Made by a program: the position numbers and the translations under genes
The notes under the pieces: generated by a model
Told to the model about the DNA's origin: nothing
The model's database searches: none
What the model saw: the letters and a program-made list of their open reading frames with translations, nothing else
In this document: positions 8,224 to 16,546 of the stretch, one piece after another
How the letters are laid out: each line of letters begins with the position of its first letter
Position numbering within the stretch: the first letter of the stretch is position 1
NCBI GenBank assembly: GCA_016208875.1
Contig: JACQXD010000006.1
Location: forward strand, 1 to 41,505
DNA: 41,505 nucleotides
Direction of reading: 5' to 3'
Origin: Nitrospirota bacterium
Lineage (GTDB): Bacteria > Nitrospirota > Thermodesulfovibrionia > Thermodesulfovibrionales > UBA1546

Positions 8224-8576
8224 AATTAAAAATTAAAAGTGAACTACTCTTTTTCTAAGAAAATGGATATTACTAAGGAATACATACGTAAAGCCACACG
8301 CTCGTCATTCCCGCAAGCGAAGCGCGTCGGGAATCTTTCTGTAAACAAAGAAGGATTCCGGACAAGCCGGAATGACCGCTTTGAGGCTTTGTTATGTTAG
8401 TTCTTAGTAACATTACTTGGTATAATTGCGTCATGCCCGAAGTTCTTAATCGGGCATCCAGTATATTACTTAATGTCTGGATTCCCGCTTACTGACTGCG
8501 GGAATGACAAATAATGTGACATTCACTATATTCAGGTGTTCACTTTTAATTCGTAAACAGTTCACTTTTAAATTTT
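8224..8576. repeat. Nested-palindrome mosaic element (outer arms AATTAAAAGTGAAC / GTTCACTTTTAATT)
   Basis: Outer arms are at 8231-8244 and 8538-8551. Inner arms are TTACTAAGGAATACATACGTAAAGCC and GGCTTTGTTATGTTAGTTCTTAGTAA. The cores are ATTCCCG..CGGGAAT and ATTCCGG..CCGGAAT hairpins. Confidence 0.8.
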
Positions 8577-8654
8577 AGCTAACAGAATTTTTTGAAGTTG
8601 TCTCTGAAACAAAGATAGAACACAAACAAAAGATCGGGAAGGCCGGTTGAATTT

Positions 8655-9647
8655 TTGGCAATGGATATTTTATCCTTTAATATGGATTGCACGAAGATAT
8701 TTAAAAATTTCAAGAATAAAAAGATACTTGTAATCGGAGATCTCGTTCTCGACCAATATATATGGGGCAAGGTCAATAGGATATCGCCCGAGGCACCCGT
8801 CCCGATAGTAGAGGTCACAGGCGAAAACTTTTTACTCGGTGGGGCCTGTAATGTGGCATCGAACATTGTCAGTCTCGAAGGACGCGCAACAGTCACGGGA
8901 ATCGCCGGCAAGGACAGGGTAGCGGAGACCCTGCAAAAACTTCTCACCGAGAAGGGTATAGACTACCGGATATTGAGCGACCAGAGACCCACGACGGTAA
9001 AGACAAGGGTAATAGCCCATAACCAGCAAGTTGTACGGTTTGACAAAGAGGATAAGAAAAAGGTTAGTGGAAAAACGCTCAAATCGCTTATCGAATCTGT
9101 AAAAAAGGCGGTCTCGGAGCATGACGCAGTAATACTTTCCGACTACAAAAAGGGTGTTATTTCCTCTGAGCTTGTACAGGCGGTTGTGAATGCGTCTAAA
9201 TCCGGAGATAAATTTATTTCCGTTGACCCTAAGACAGGACACTTCCACTGCTATAAGGGCGTTTCATTGATAACACCGAATCTTATAGAGGCATCCCACG
9301 GTTCGGGCATAGAGATAAAAGATGAAAGATCCCTTATTAAAGCCGGTAAAACCCTTCTTAGAAAACTTCCATGCAAGGCGGTTCTCATAACGCGTGGTGA
9401 AGAAGGTATGAGCCTATTCGAAAAAGGAAGCGTGACTCATATCCCAACTGTTGCACGGCATGTTTTTGACGTAACCGGTGCCGGCGATACGGTTGTTGCC
9501 GTATTTACGCTTGCCTACGCATCAGGAGCGACGATGAAAGAGGCTGCTTTAATCGCTAATCATGCAGCCGGAATCGTTGTCGGTGAGGTGGGCACGGCAG
9601 TAACCACACAGGCAAAACTTCTTAAATCCATCAGAACCTCGAAGTAA
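8655..9647 (+). CDS. hldE: D-glycero-beta-D-manno-heptose-7-phosphate kinase (RfaE domain I / HldE kinase domain, PfkB family)
   Basis: KILVIGDLVLDQYIWGKVNRISPEAPVPIVEV and the C-terminal DVTGAGDTV motif are diagnostic. The exact start is uncertain (TTG 8655, ATG 8661 or ATG 8683). Confidence 0.85.
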   Translation: MAMDILSFNMDCTKIFKNFKNKKILVIGDLVLDQYIWGKVNRISPEAPVPIVEVTGENFLLGGACNVASNIVSLEGRATVTGIAGKDRVAETLQKLLTEKGIDYRILSDQRPTTVKTRVIAHNQQVVRFDKEDKKKVSGKTLKSLIESVKKAVSEHDAVILSDYKKGVISSELVQAVVNASKSGDKFISVDPKTGHFHCYKGVSLITPNLIEASHGSGIEIKDERSLIKAGKTLLRKLPCKAVLITRGEEGMSLFEKGSVTHIPTVARHVFDVTGAGDTVVAVFTLAYASGATMKEAALIANHAAGIVVGEVGTAVTTQAKLLKSIRTSK

Positions 9648-10032
9648 CTTCCAGTACATTTTGCAGTCTTTTAAATGAAAGGGGCTTATTTATAAAAATG
9701 TTCGCCCCTGCAGCCAAAAAATCCTTTTCATTGCCGGTGCCGCTGATACCTATTATTATCGGTGTTAATCCCCGTCCCCTGATCTTTTTTACAAGCTCCA
9801 ATCCGTTCATCCCGGGCATTATATAATCCGTTATGATAACGTCGTAAGACACCATTCTTATTGATGCCATTGCCTCTTCGGCATTACCGGCACACTCCAC
9901 ATTATATCCGAGAAGGCTCAGAAATTCTTTCAGCGAATCACGGATAGATGTATCATCGTCAACTATAAGGATATTTCTTCCATCTATTTGCATGGATGGT
10001 ATATTATTTACTACTTTAGGTTGTATTGTCAA
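9631..10032 (-). CDS. Single-domain response regulator (CheY-like receiver)
   Basis: ILIVDDD...DVIITDYIMPGMNG..., with conserved receiver Asp and Lys positions. There is no output domain. Confidence 0.85.
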   Translation of the reverse strand: MTIQPKVVNNIPSMQIDGRNILIVDDDTSIRDSLKEFLSLLGYNVECAGNAEEAMASIRMVSYDVIITDYIMPGMNGLELVKKIRGRGLTPIIIGISGTGNEKDFLAAGANIFINKPLSFKRLQNVLEVTSRF

Positions 10033-10096
10033 TGCTTACTGCAACTTCTGATTTATAGACTTTTCTTTATCTAAAAAGCACAATTATCTTACCTGA

Positions 10097-10504
10097 ATGG
10101 AAAAAAGAGCGGATAGAAAGAATATCGGGGATCTGATAAAAATATCCCGGAAGATAGCCGGATTATCACAGATGCAGTTGGCTGAGAGAATCGGTGTCTC
10201 TTATCAGCAGGTACAGAAATATGAGAACGGACTAAGCGAACTCAGCATATCGCGGCTTTCCCAGATAGCCCATGCCTTAAATATGTCTGTGAACAGATTT
10301 ATACCGGATGAAAAGATTATGGTAGCCGAATCCGTTAATTTCTACGGAACGCTGAATGATGATGAGATTGAACTTGTCAAATTCTTCAGGAATATAAAAA
10401 GCAAGAAATTAAAGTATGGCTTTTTAGCAGCGGTAAAGGGCATATCCCCGTTAAAGAAAAAGAAAAAATATACAAAGAAAAAAGCTAAGTCGCATAAATC
10501 TTGA
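10097..10504 (+). CDS. XRE-family helix-turn-helix transcriptional regulator with Lys-rich tail
   Basis: IKISRKIAGLSQMQLAERIGVSYQQVQKYENG is a canonical HTH_3/XRE motif. The C-terminus is KKKKKYTKKKAKSHKS. Confidence 0.75.
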   Translation: MEKRADRKNIGDLIKISRKIAGLSQMQLAERIGVSYQQVQKYENGLSELSISRLSQIAHALNMSVNRFIPDEKIMVAESVNFYGTLNDDEIELVKFFRNIKSKKLKYGFLAAVKGISPLKKKKKYTKKKAKSHKS

Positions 10505-10952
10505 GCATCATAATGATTGCATCTTCGCGCGGCTCGTTATAATATCCCTTTCTCGTTCCGATAATCTTAAACCCGAAGCCGTCGTAGAGCCTCTTCGCGG
10601 CATAATTGGAAGACCTAACCTCAAGATATAAAAACCTGCATCCATTATCTTTTAAATTTTTAAGGACATCTTCTACAAGGGCACTTGCAATCCATTTCCT
10701 TCTGAACTCCGGATGCACTGCAAGATTCAGAATATGCCCTTCATCCGATACCTGCTTTGCACATATATAGCCGGCAACTCTCTCCTTTATGACGGCAATT
10801 TTTGCCGTTGAGTGTGGATTATATATCTCATTGTAGAATGATGTCTCCGACCACGGTGTGGAAAATGACATTCGCTCTATCTCAAGAACCGATTGGATGT
10901 CCTCCTCTTTCATGGTACTGATAATAATCTCTTTTATTTTCGTATCCTGCAT
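10485..10952 (-). CDS. rimI: Ribosomal-protein-alanine N-acetyltransferase (GNAT)
   Basis: 155 aa. IERMSFSTPWSETSFYNEI..., LNLAVHPEFRRKWIASAL and YLEVRSSNYAAKRLYDGFGF fit the RimI subfamily. Confidence 0.8.
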   Translation of the reverse strand: MQDTKIKEIIISTMKEEDIQSVLEIERMSFSTPWSETSFYNEIYNPHSTAKIAVIKERVAGYICAKQVSDEGHILNLAVHPEFRRKWIASALVEDVLKNLKDNGCRFLYLEVRSSNYAAKRLYDGFGFKIIGTRKGYYNEPREDAIIMMLKIYAT

Positions 10953-10964
10953 AACTTTTAATAA

Positions 10965-11996
10965 TTATGCCTCATTTACCATATCGATGAGTTTTCGCAG
11001 CCTTCCGAAGTCTTTCATGTTGAAATCAACTACAAGTCTGATCAGGCCGGCAAGCCCGGGCTCGTCTTCCTCGGCCGGCAGAGGTCCTGAGAGATATATC
11101 CGTCCCTGCGGTACCAGTATACCCTGAAAACGCTCGTTGAGATCCACAACCGCCTGTTCGCTTAGAGAGGATGTAATCCTTATTACCATCTTCTTATCGA
11201 TCGAGCGATGGCTGTGAAAACGGCGATAAAAGCGACTGATACTTTCGACTGCGGAGTCTACAGAATTAACGCGTTCGAAGAGATCAAAATCCGAGGCATT
11301 TATATACCCTTCTTCCAGAAGTTCCCTGTGAAAAAAATTTATCCAGCGCGCCCAGTAGGTGCCGCCCGGCTCATCTATGAGAACCAGCGGTATGAGATTA
11401 TGCTTCCCGGTCTGTAACAGCGTCAAGGTTTCCATCGCCTCATCGAGCGTTCCAAACCCACCCGGAAAAAGTGCAACTGCACTGGCCTCCTTGAGGAATG
11501 CCACCTTACGGTTGAAAAAATATTTATAGGTGATTAAACGGGGATTCCCTTCTACGGTGGGATTGGGCTGTTGCTCAAAAGGAAGACGGATATTTGCGCC
11601 GAAGGAATGTTCGGAGCCGGCTCCCTCGTTGACCGCCTGCATAACACCACCGCCGCCGCCGGTAATAACCATATAGCCCGCACCCGCAAGCCTTTGACCG
11701 AAAAGATGTGCCATTTGGTAAACAGGTTCGTCGGGACCGGTTCTTGCAGAACCGAAGACGGTGACCTTCCGCTTATTACGATAAGGACCGAATACCTTCG
11801 AGGTAAATCGCATCTCCTTCAATGTGGAATTCATAAGCTTGAGGTCGGCCTTTTCCCCATCCTCCTGGCCTGCCTTGAGAGCGGCAATTATCATTTCCCG
11901 AATAATCTCAGGGTTATGGATACCACCCGCAAGCTCGAGCAATTTATCTATCGACTCGTCTACAGGTCCGTTATTCCTTAAAAAGTGAAGTTCCAT
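10965..11996 (-). CDS. LOG-family (TIGR00730) nucleotide 5'-monophosphate nucleosidase-like protein with C-terminal extension
   Basis: VTVFGSAR, GGGGGVM and PGGFGTLDE motifs are present in a 343-aa protein, with about 100 extra C-terminal residues. Confidence 0.75.
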   Translation of the reverse strand: MELHFLRNNGPVDESIDKLLELAGGIHNPEIIREMIIAALKAGQEDGEKADLKLMNSTLKEMRFTSKVFGPYRNKRKVTVFGSARTGPDEPVYQMAHLFGQRLAGAGYMVITGGGGGVMQAVNEGAGSEHSFGANIRLPFEQQPNPTVEGNPRLITYKYFFNRKVAFLKEASAVALFPGGFGTLDEAMETLTLLQTGKHNLIPLVLIDEPGGTYWARWINFFHRELLEEGYINASDFDLFERVNSVDSAVESISRFYRRFHSHRSIDKKMVIRITSSLSEQAVVDLNERFQGILVPQGRIYLSGPLPAEEDEPGLAGLIRLVVDFNMKDFGRLRKLIDMVNEA

Positions 11997-12015
11997 AAAA
12001 TGAGCGTATCTTTCT

Positions 12016-12396
12016 CTACTCCTTTGCCCTGATAACTAACATGCATTCCGGGCATTTGTTGTATGGCCGGTTTCGGACAATATCCATCCCCATGAGTACC
12101 AATATCTCCTTTGTACCCCAGCAATTGGGGCAAAAAGGCCCCTCTTTTTCCCCTTTGCTGCCGGTAGCGACCCAGTACACGGAATCTTCAAGCCTTATGG
12201 ATTTCATTATCTTCAGCTTCTCTTTGAGTTTGTCGATTTCTTCTTTCAAGGTGTTGCTTTCTTCCGCTAATTTTTTATTTTCTTCAAGCACAATCGATAT
12301 TTCAGCCTGAATGTCGAAAATCTTCTTGTGCAGATCTACATCGCCGATTTTCTTGATCTGCCGTGCTATGGATTTTATTTCATCACGGATATTCAT
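12016..12396 (-). CDS. Hypothetical coiled-coil protein with C-terminal CxxC...CxxC zinc ribbon
   Basis: 126 aa. The N-terminal 70 aa are heptad-rich (EENKKLAEESNTLKEEIDKLKEKLK). The C-terminus has CPNC ... CPEC. No family was recognised. Confidence 0.5.
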   Translation of the reverse strand: MNIRDEIKSIARQIKKIGDVDLHKKIFDIQAEISIVLEENKKLAEESNTLKEEIDKLKEKLKIMKSIRLEDSVYWVATGSKGEKEGPFCPNCWGTKEILVLMGMDIVRNRPYNKCPECMLVIRAKE

Positions 12397-12513
12397 ACAT
12401 GTCTCTGCCTTTCATGCCTGTATCATATATCAGGATTCATATTTAGGTAAAGGGAGAGGAATAGAATTAAGCAGTAAGTCCGTAAGCTATAGCAAGGTAT
12501 CTTGAGATTATTG

Positions 12514-12548
12514 AAAAAAAGAGAAAGCTAAGAAGGGTTGCATAGCTT
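12514..12548 (-). terminator. Weak intrinsic terminator after tRNA-Thr
   Basis: On the minus strand, AAGCUA-12 nt loop-UAGCUU is followed by UCUCUUUUUUU. The stem is short, so confidence is low. Confidence 0.3.
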
Positions 12549-12555
12549 AAAAGAA

Positions 12556-12627
12556 AGCCGGGGATGGGGGTTGAACCCACGACCTGCTGATTACGAATCA
12601 GCTGCTCTACCACTGAGCTACCCCGGC
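12556..12627 (-). tRNA. tRNA-Thr (anticodon CGU)
   Basis: A hand-folded 72-nt cloverleaf: acceptor GCCGGGG/CCCCGGC, D-arm GCTC-AGTGGTA-GAGC, anticodon arm GCTGA-TTCGTAA-TCAGC, T-arm GTGGG-TTCAACC-CCCAT. No CCA is encoded. Confidence 0.9.
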
Positions 12628-12645
12628 ATCCAAACACATTAAATT

Positions 12646-12728
12646 CCAATAACCAAATCTCAAATTCCAAATAATTACCAATAACCAATTTTCAAATTCA
12701 AGTTTGGTTATTGAGATTTGGTTATTGG
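12646..12728. repeat. CCAATAACC-family heptamer palindrome, copy 1 (18-bp perfect stem 12646-12663 / 12711-12728)
   Basis: ccaataaccaaatctcaa ... ttgagatttggttattgg. It directly abuts the stop codon of the MBL hydrolase gene. Confidence 0.9.
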
Positions 12729-13703
12729 TCATTCTCTTTTATTATATTCCATCATCGCTTCTTTTTCAGGAGCGTCAGGACACTCCCTGTATTTCGGGGA
12801 GAAATGCATGACGACAAGACTCTTTACACCTGCTTCCCTCGCAATCCTGCCGGCAGTCTTTGCAGTCAGGTGATGCCTTTCTATTGCCCGTTCTCTGTCC
12901 TCTTCAAGGAAATACGCCTCACAGTAAAGCGTATCGGAATCCTTCGCAAGCTCTATTACCTTTCTTATGTTCTCCTCGTTCATTGAAGAGTCGGCCACAT
13001 AAGACATCTTCTGCCCCTTTGTTATATTTGCTATCGGCGTTAATTCACCCAATGTATATCGTCTGTTCTTGACTATAAACTCGGTATCCGAGGATCCCCC
13101 AACCCTAATCACCTTTTTAAATTCCGACAGCCACGGTCCTACGGGAAGTCCCATTTCAACCAGCACCGCCTTATCTACGTTGATATGGAACTCCTCATTT
13201 AGAGAAAAACCGAGACAGGGTATCTGGTGCATAAGACACGCAGCCCTAATCTCAAAAGGAGTTTCTTTGAGAACGATCCCATCAAATGGTCTTTCACCCA
13301 GATCAATCCTCCTGAAGCAATTCCCGGCATAAAAACCAGAATGCCTTACAATATTTTCCTCTATACCGAAGGCCTCGATCTTAAGCGGATATTCGCTGAT
13401 CAGATTCCACGTATACCCCTTAAGTTTTCCCTCGATACACCCGATAATATTAGCCGGTCCAAAGACCCTTAGTGGAATTTCTCGTCGCAGAAGGGACCTC
13501 AGGAGAATGTCGAAACCTATAAAGTGGTCTATATGTGTATGGGTAACAAAGACATCCGTTATCTTCTGGATATCGCCTGGATCCAGTCTGCTTATACATC
13601 CAAGGTCAAAGAGAAAGGCACGCTTTTCTCTTAATACCCTCACATGCACACAAGGATCTTCGAAAGGATTATTTACGAGTCTGTGATGAAAAGTAGGCTT
13701 CAT
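12729..13703 (-). CDS. MBL-fold metallo-hydrolase, ribonuclease Z/BN-like
   Basis: 324 aa with VTHTHIDH (HxHxDH) and a later MHFS motif. The architecture resembles RNase Z-type beta-lactamase-fold nucleases. Confidence 0.7.
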   Translation of the reverse strand: MKPTFHHRLVNNPFEDPCVHVRVLREKRAFLFDLGCISRLDPGDIQKITDVFVTHTHIDHFIGFDILLRSLLRREIPLRVFGPANIIGCIEGKLKGYTWNLISEYPLKIEAFGIEENIVRHSGFYAGNCFRRIDLGERPFDGIVLKETPFEIRAACLMHQIPCLGFSLNEEFHINVDKAVLVEMGLPVGPWLSEFKKVIRVGGSSDTEFIVKNRRYTLGELTPIANITKGQKMSYVADSSMNEENIRKVIELAKDSDTLYCEAYFLEEDRERAIERHHLTAKTAGRIAREAGVKSLVVMHFSPKYRECPDAPEKEAMMEYNKRE

Positions 13704-13734
13704 ATCCTATTGTGATATAATTATCATATAAAAT

Positions 13735-13935
13735 TAAAGTTTAAAATTCAAAATGCAAAAAAAATTTAAAGAAGTGTCAGTGATTAGTGTCTGTGCCAGT
13801 ATGGTTCGACAGGCTCACCATGACTGTTACCCTGAGTTCTTCGACTTATGTCATCCTGAGCTTGTCGAAGGGTGACACTGTTAACCGACACCTGTCACTA
13901 TTTTGCATTTTTATATTTGATTTTTGAATTTATTA
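13735..13935. repeat. Nested palindromic mosaic in the divergent promoter region between the MBL-hydrolase and galT-like genes
   Basis: Arms are AAATTCAAAATGCAAAA and TTTTGCATTTTT..TTTGAATTT, with GTGTCAGTGATTAGTGTC-type inner arms. The cores are ATGGTTCGACAGGCTCACCAT and GTCATCCTGAGCTTGTCGAAGGGTGAC hairpins. Confidence 0.8.
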
Positions 13936-13945
13936 CGGAGGTTAT

Positions 13946-14941
13946 ATGTCTGAGCTTAGAAAAGATCCAATCGTTGGGCGCTGGGTTATAATATCCATCG
14001 AGAGAGGCAAGAGGCCTACTGATTTTATATCACCTTCCCAAAAGAAGAAGGGCGGGTTTTGCCCCTTCTGTCCGGGTAATGAACATACGGCTCCACCGGA
14101 GATAATGGCGTTCAGACCTGCCCAGACAAAGCCTAATCTCCCGGGATGGACCCTACGTGTTGTGCCGAATAAATTTCCAGCGCTCCAGATACATGGGGAT
14201 CTGACTAAGACGGGAGAAGGTATTTTCGACAGGGTAAACGGTATAGGAGCCCATGAGGTAGTTATAGAGACTGCCGATCATAATCTTTCCCTCTCGACAA
14301 TGCCGATTAAGGCGGTTGAGGATGTATTGTGGGCATATTATCTGAGACTTAATGATCTTAAGAAAGACAAAAGATTCAGGTATGGTTTGATATTTAAGAA
14401 TGAAGGGGAAGACGCAGGCGCCTCTTTGGAACACACGCACAGCCAGCTTATAGCCCTTCCTATAGTACCCAAGCTTGTGAGGGAGGAGATCGATGCATCG
14501 GAGCAGTATTTCCATTTTAAGGAGAGGTGTATTTTCTGTGATGTTATAAATCAGGAACTCGAAGACGGCAAACGTGTTATCTATGAAAATAAAAATTATC
14601 TCGCCCTTGCCCCATTCGCGCCGAGGGCGCCCTTTGAGACATGGATTTTACCCAAGAAGCACGAATCTGCCTTCTGTCCTCCCGATAAGGACTTCGCAAT
14701 GCTTGCAGATATATTGCAAAGGATACTTAAACAGATCGACAGGATACTCGACGTCCCGCCGTATAACTTTATTGTTCATACTTCACCGTTTTCCGATGAG
14801 ACTAACGATTATTATCATTGGCATATCGAGCTGATGCCCAAACTCACAAAGATAGCCGGTTTTGAATGGGGTTCGGGTTTTTATATAAATCCGACACCGC
14901 CTGAGGAGGCAGCAAAATTTATGAGAGAGGCGAAAATATGA
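13946..14941 (+). CDS. GalT/HIT-superfamily nucleotidyltransferase (galactose-1-phosphate uridylyltransferase-like / ADP-glucose phosphorylase-like)
   Basis: CPFCPGNE zinc-knuckle motif, VVPNKFPAL and the active-site EHTHSQ (HxHxQ). GGAGG lies 6 nt upstream of the start. Confidence 0.8.
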   Translation: MSELRKDPIVGRWVIISIERGKRPTDFISPSQKKKGGFCPFCPGNEHTAPPEIMAFRPAQTKPNLPGWTLRVVPNKFPALQIHGDLTKTGEGIFDRVNGIGAHEVVIETADHNLSLSTMPIKAVEDVLWAYYLRLNDLKKDKRFRYGLIFKNEGEDAGASLEHTHSQLIALPIVPKLVREEIDASEQYFHFKERCIFCDVINQELEDGKRVIYENKNYLALAPFAPRAPFETWILPKKHESAFCPPDKDFAMLADILQRILKQIDRILDVPPYNFIVHTSPFSDETNDYYHWHIELMPKLTKIAGFEWGSGFYINPTPPEEAAKFMREAKI

Positions 14942-15060
14942 ATGACCAATAACCAAATCTCAATAACCAAACTTGAATTTGAAAATTGGTTATTGGTAAT
15001 TATTTGGTAATTGGGATTTGGTTATTGTAATTTATTTAGTGATTGGGATTTAGTGATTGG
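14942..15060. repeat. CCAATAACC-family heptamer palindrome, copy 2 (inverted orientation relative to copy 1)
   Basis: Over 14946-15027 it is nearly identical to the reverse complement of 12646-12728. The 7-nt periodicity continues for about 16 units, up to the glgA RBS. Confidence 0.9.
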
Positions 15061-15068
15061 AGGTTAAA

Positions 15069-16439
15069 TTGAAGATACTGATTGCAACACCCGAGGCAGT
15101 GCCGTTTGCAAAGACAGGCGGTCTTGTATATAAAAGAGTGAAAGAGGCCTTCAATCCTAAGAATACGGGGGTAAAGGTAAAAGTACCTGTAGGTAATCAG
15201 AATTTTACAGGTAAGATATACAGCAAAGGAACTTCGGTATATTTCATCAAAAGAGACGAGTTTTTTGATAGAGAAGATCTCTACGGCACACCGCAAGGAG
15301 ACTATGCCGATAACGCAGCTCGCTTTATATTTTTTTCAAGAGGAATTCTTGAGGCGTGCAAGGCACTTAAAATTAAACCCGATATAATCCACTGTCATGA
15401 CTGGCAGACGGGACTCGTACCTTTATATTTGAAAACCATATATAAGCCTGATAAATTCTTCAATAAGACCTCCACTGTAATTACGGTTCATAATCTCGGT
15501 TATCAGGGGCTGTTTTCCCCATCCGAGATGCCGTTAACCGGCCTTGATCGGGCATTGTTCAATCCCGAGGGGATAGAATTTTACGGCAAGATAAATTTTT
15601 TAAAGGCGGGGTTGATCTCGGCTGATTTAATAACCGCAGTCAGCGATAACTATTCAAAGGAGATACTTAACAAAGAATACGGATTTGGACTTGAAGGTGT
15701 TTTAAAGAAAAGGTCAGCGTCGCTGTCAGGGATTATAAATGGGATAGATTACGGCGAGTGGAATCCCAAGACAGATATTTTTATAGCAAAAAAATATAGC
15801 GATTCCGATATCGCCGGCAAGAGAGAATGCAAACAGCAGCTTTTGAAGGATTGCTTTATAAAACCGAATGCCGAAATGCCTGTTGTAGGCATGGTCGGAA
15901 GATTATCGAGCCAGAAAGGGCTTGATCTTGTCTTAGAATCGATCGAGGGGATCGTATCTACCGGTGCATATCTTATTATCATAGGTAAAGGAGATGAGAT
16001 GTTCCATAAAAGGTTATCCGAAACAGCAGAAAAATATAAGGGCAACATACACGTAAAGATAGGATTTAACGACGCCCTTGCTCATAAGATATATGCCGGT
16101 TCCGATATATTCCTGATGCCGTCAAAATACGAACCTTGCGGTCTCGGCCAGATGATTGCTATGAGATACGGGACAATACCTGTGGTAAGGAAGACAGGCG
16201 GACTTGCAGACACGGTCTCGGACTATGAACCCCTAATAGGCGCCGGCACGGGTTTTCTTTTTGAAGATTATAATCGGTCAGCACTTCAGGATTGCCTGAA
16301 GAGGGCAATGTGCGTATATGTTGATAAGCCAAGGTGGCAGAATCTTATCCGGAATGCAATGAAAATGGACTTTTCATGGAATGCCTCTGCAAAAAAGTAT
16401 GTCAATCTTTTTAGAAAGGCTATAAAAATGAAACAATGA
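15069..16439 (+). CDS. glgA: Glycogen/starch synthase (GT5), with a shortened N-terminal segment
   Basis: KILIATPEAVPFAKTGGL..., HCHDWQTGL, VHNLGYQG and the C-terminal PSKYEPCGLGQM and TGGLADTV motifs. A TTG start at 15069 has GGAGG 5 nt upstream, so it is preferred over the ORF-track start at 15057. Confidence 0.85.
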   Translation: MKILIATPEAVPFAKTGGLVYKRVKEAFNPKNTGVKVKVPVGNQNFTGKIYSKGTSVYFIKRDEFFDREDLYGTPQGDYADNAARFIFFSRGILEACKALKIKPDIIHCHDWQTGLVPLYLKTIYKPDKFFNKTSTVITVHNLGYQGLFSPSEMPLTGLDRALFNPEGIEFYGKINFLKAGLISADLITAVSDNYSKEILNKEYGFGLEGVLKKRSASLSGIINGIDYGEWNPKTDIFIAKKYSDSDIAGKRECKQQLLKDCFIKPNAEMPVVGMVGRLSSQKGLDLVLESIEGIVSTGAYLIIIGKGDEMFHKRLSETAEKYKGNIHVKIGFNDALAHKIYAGSDIFLMPSKYEPCGLGQMIAMRYGTIPVVRKTGGLADTVSDYEPLIGAGTGFLFEDYNRSALQDCLKRAMCVYVDKPRWQNLIRNAMKMDFSWNASAKKYVNLFRKAIKMKQ

Positions 16440-16440
16440 G

Positions 16441-16530
16441 CAATGACCAAATCTCAATAACCAAACATTTGGAACTTGGTACTTGGTTATTGGAATTTAT
16501 TTGGTTATTGATACGTGGTTATTAATTATT
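16441..16530. repeat. CCAATAACC-family heptamer element, copy 3 (diverged)
   Basis: atgaccaaatctcaataaccaaac is shared with copy 2, then ttggaac/ttggtac/ttggtta/ttggaat units follow. It ends at the kinase RBS. Confidence 0.8.
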
Positions 16531-16546
16531 TGAGGTGTTTTCAGAT

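Noticed and set aside
8579-8947. 122-aa minus-strand ORF overlapping the hldE start.
   Set aside because: It is antisense to the conserved N-terminus of the heptose kinase and runs into repeat sequence. There is no supporting signal.
12016-12627. tRNA-Thr as an integration site of a genomic island.
   Set aside because: There is no integrase, no direct repeat of the tRNA 3' end and no phage or plasmid genes downstream. The neighbours are ordinary housekeeping genes.
12467-12688. 73-aa ORF on the minus strand.
   Set aside because: It is the translation of the tRNA-Thr gene and flanking repeats (GSSVVEQLIRNQQVVGSTP is the tRNA read as protein). It is spurious.
14942-15060. Heptamer arrays and CCAATAACC repeats as possible CRISPR arrays.
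   Set aside because: The units are 7 nt with no unique spacers. The arrays are palindromic and shorter than 150 nt, and no cas genes are present.
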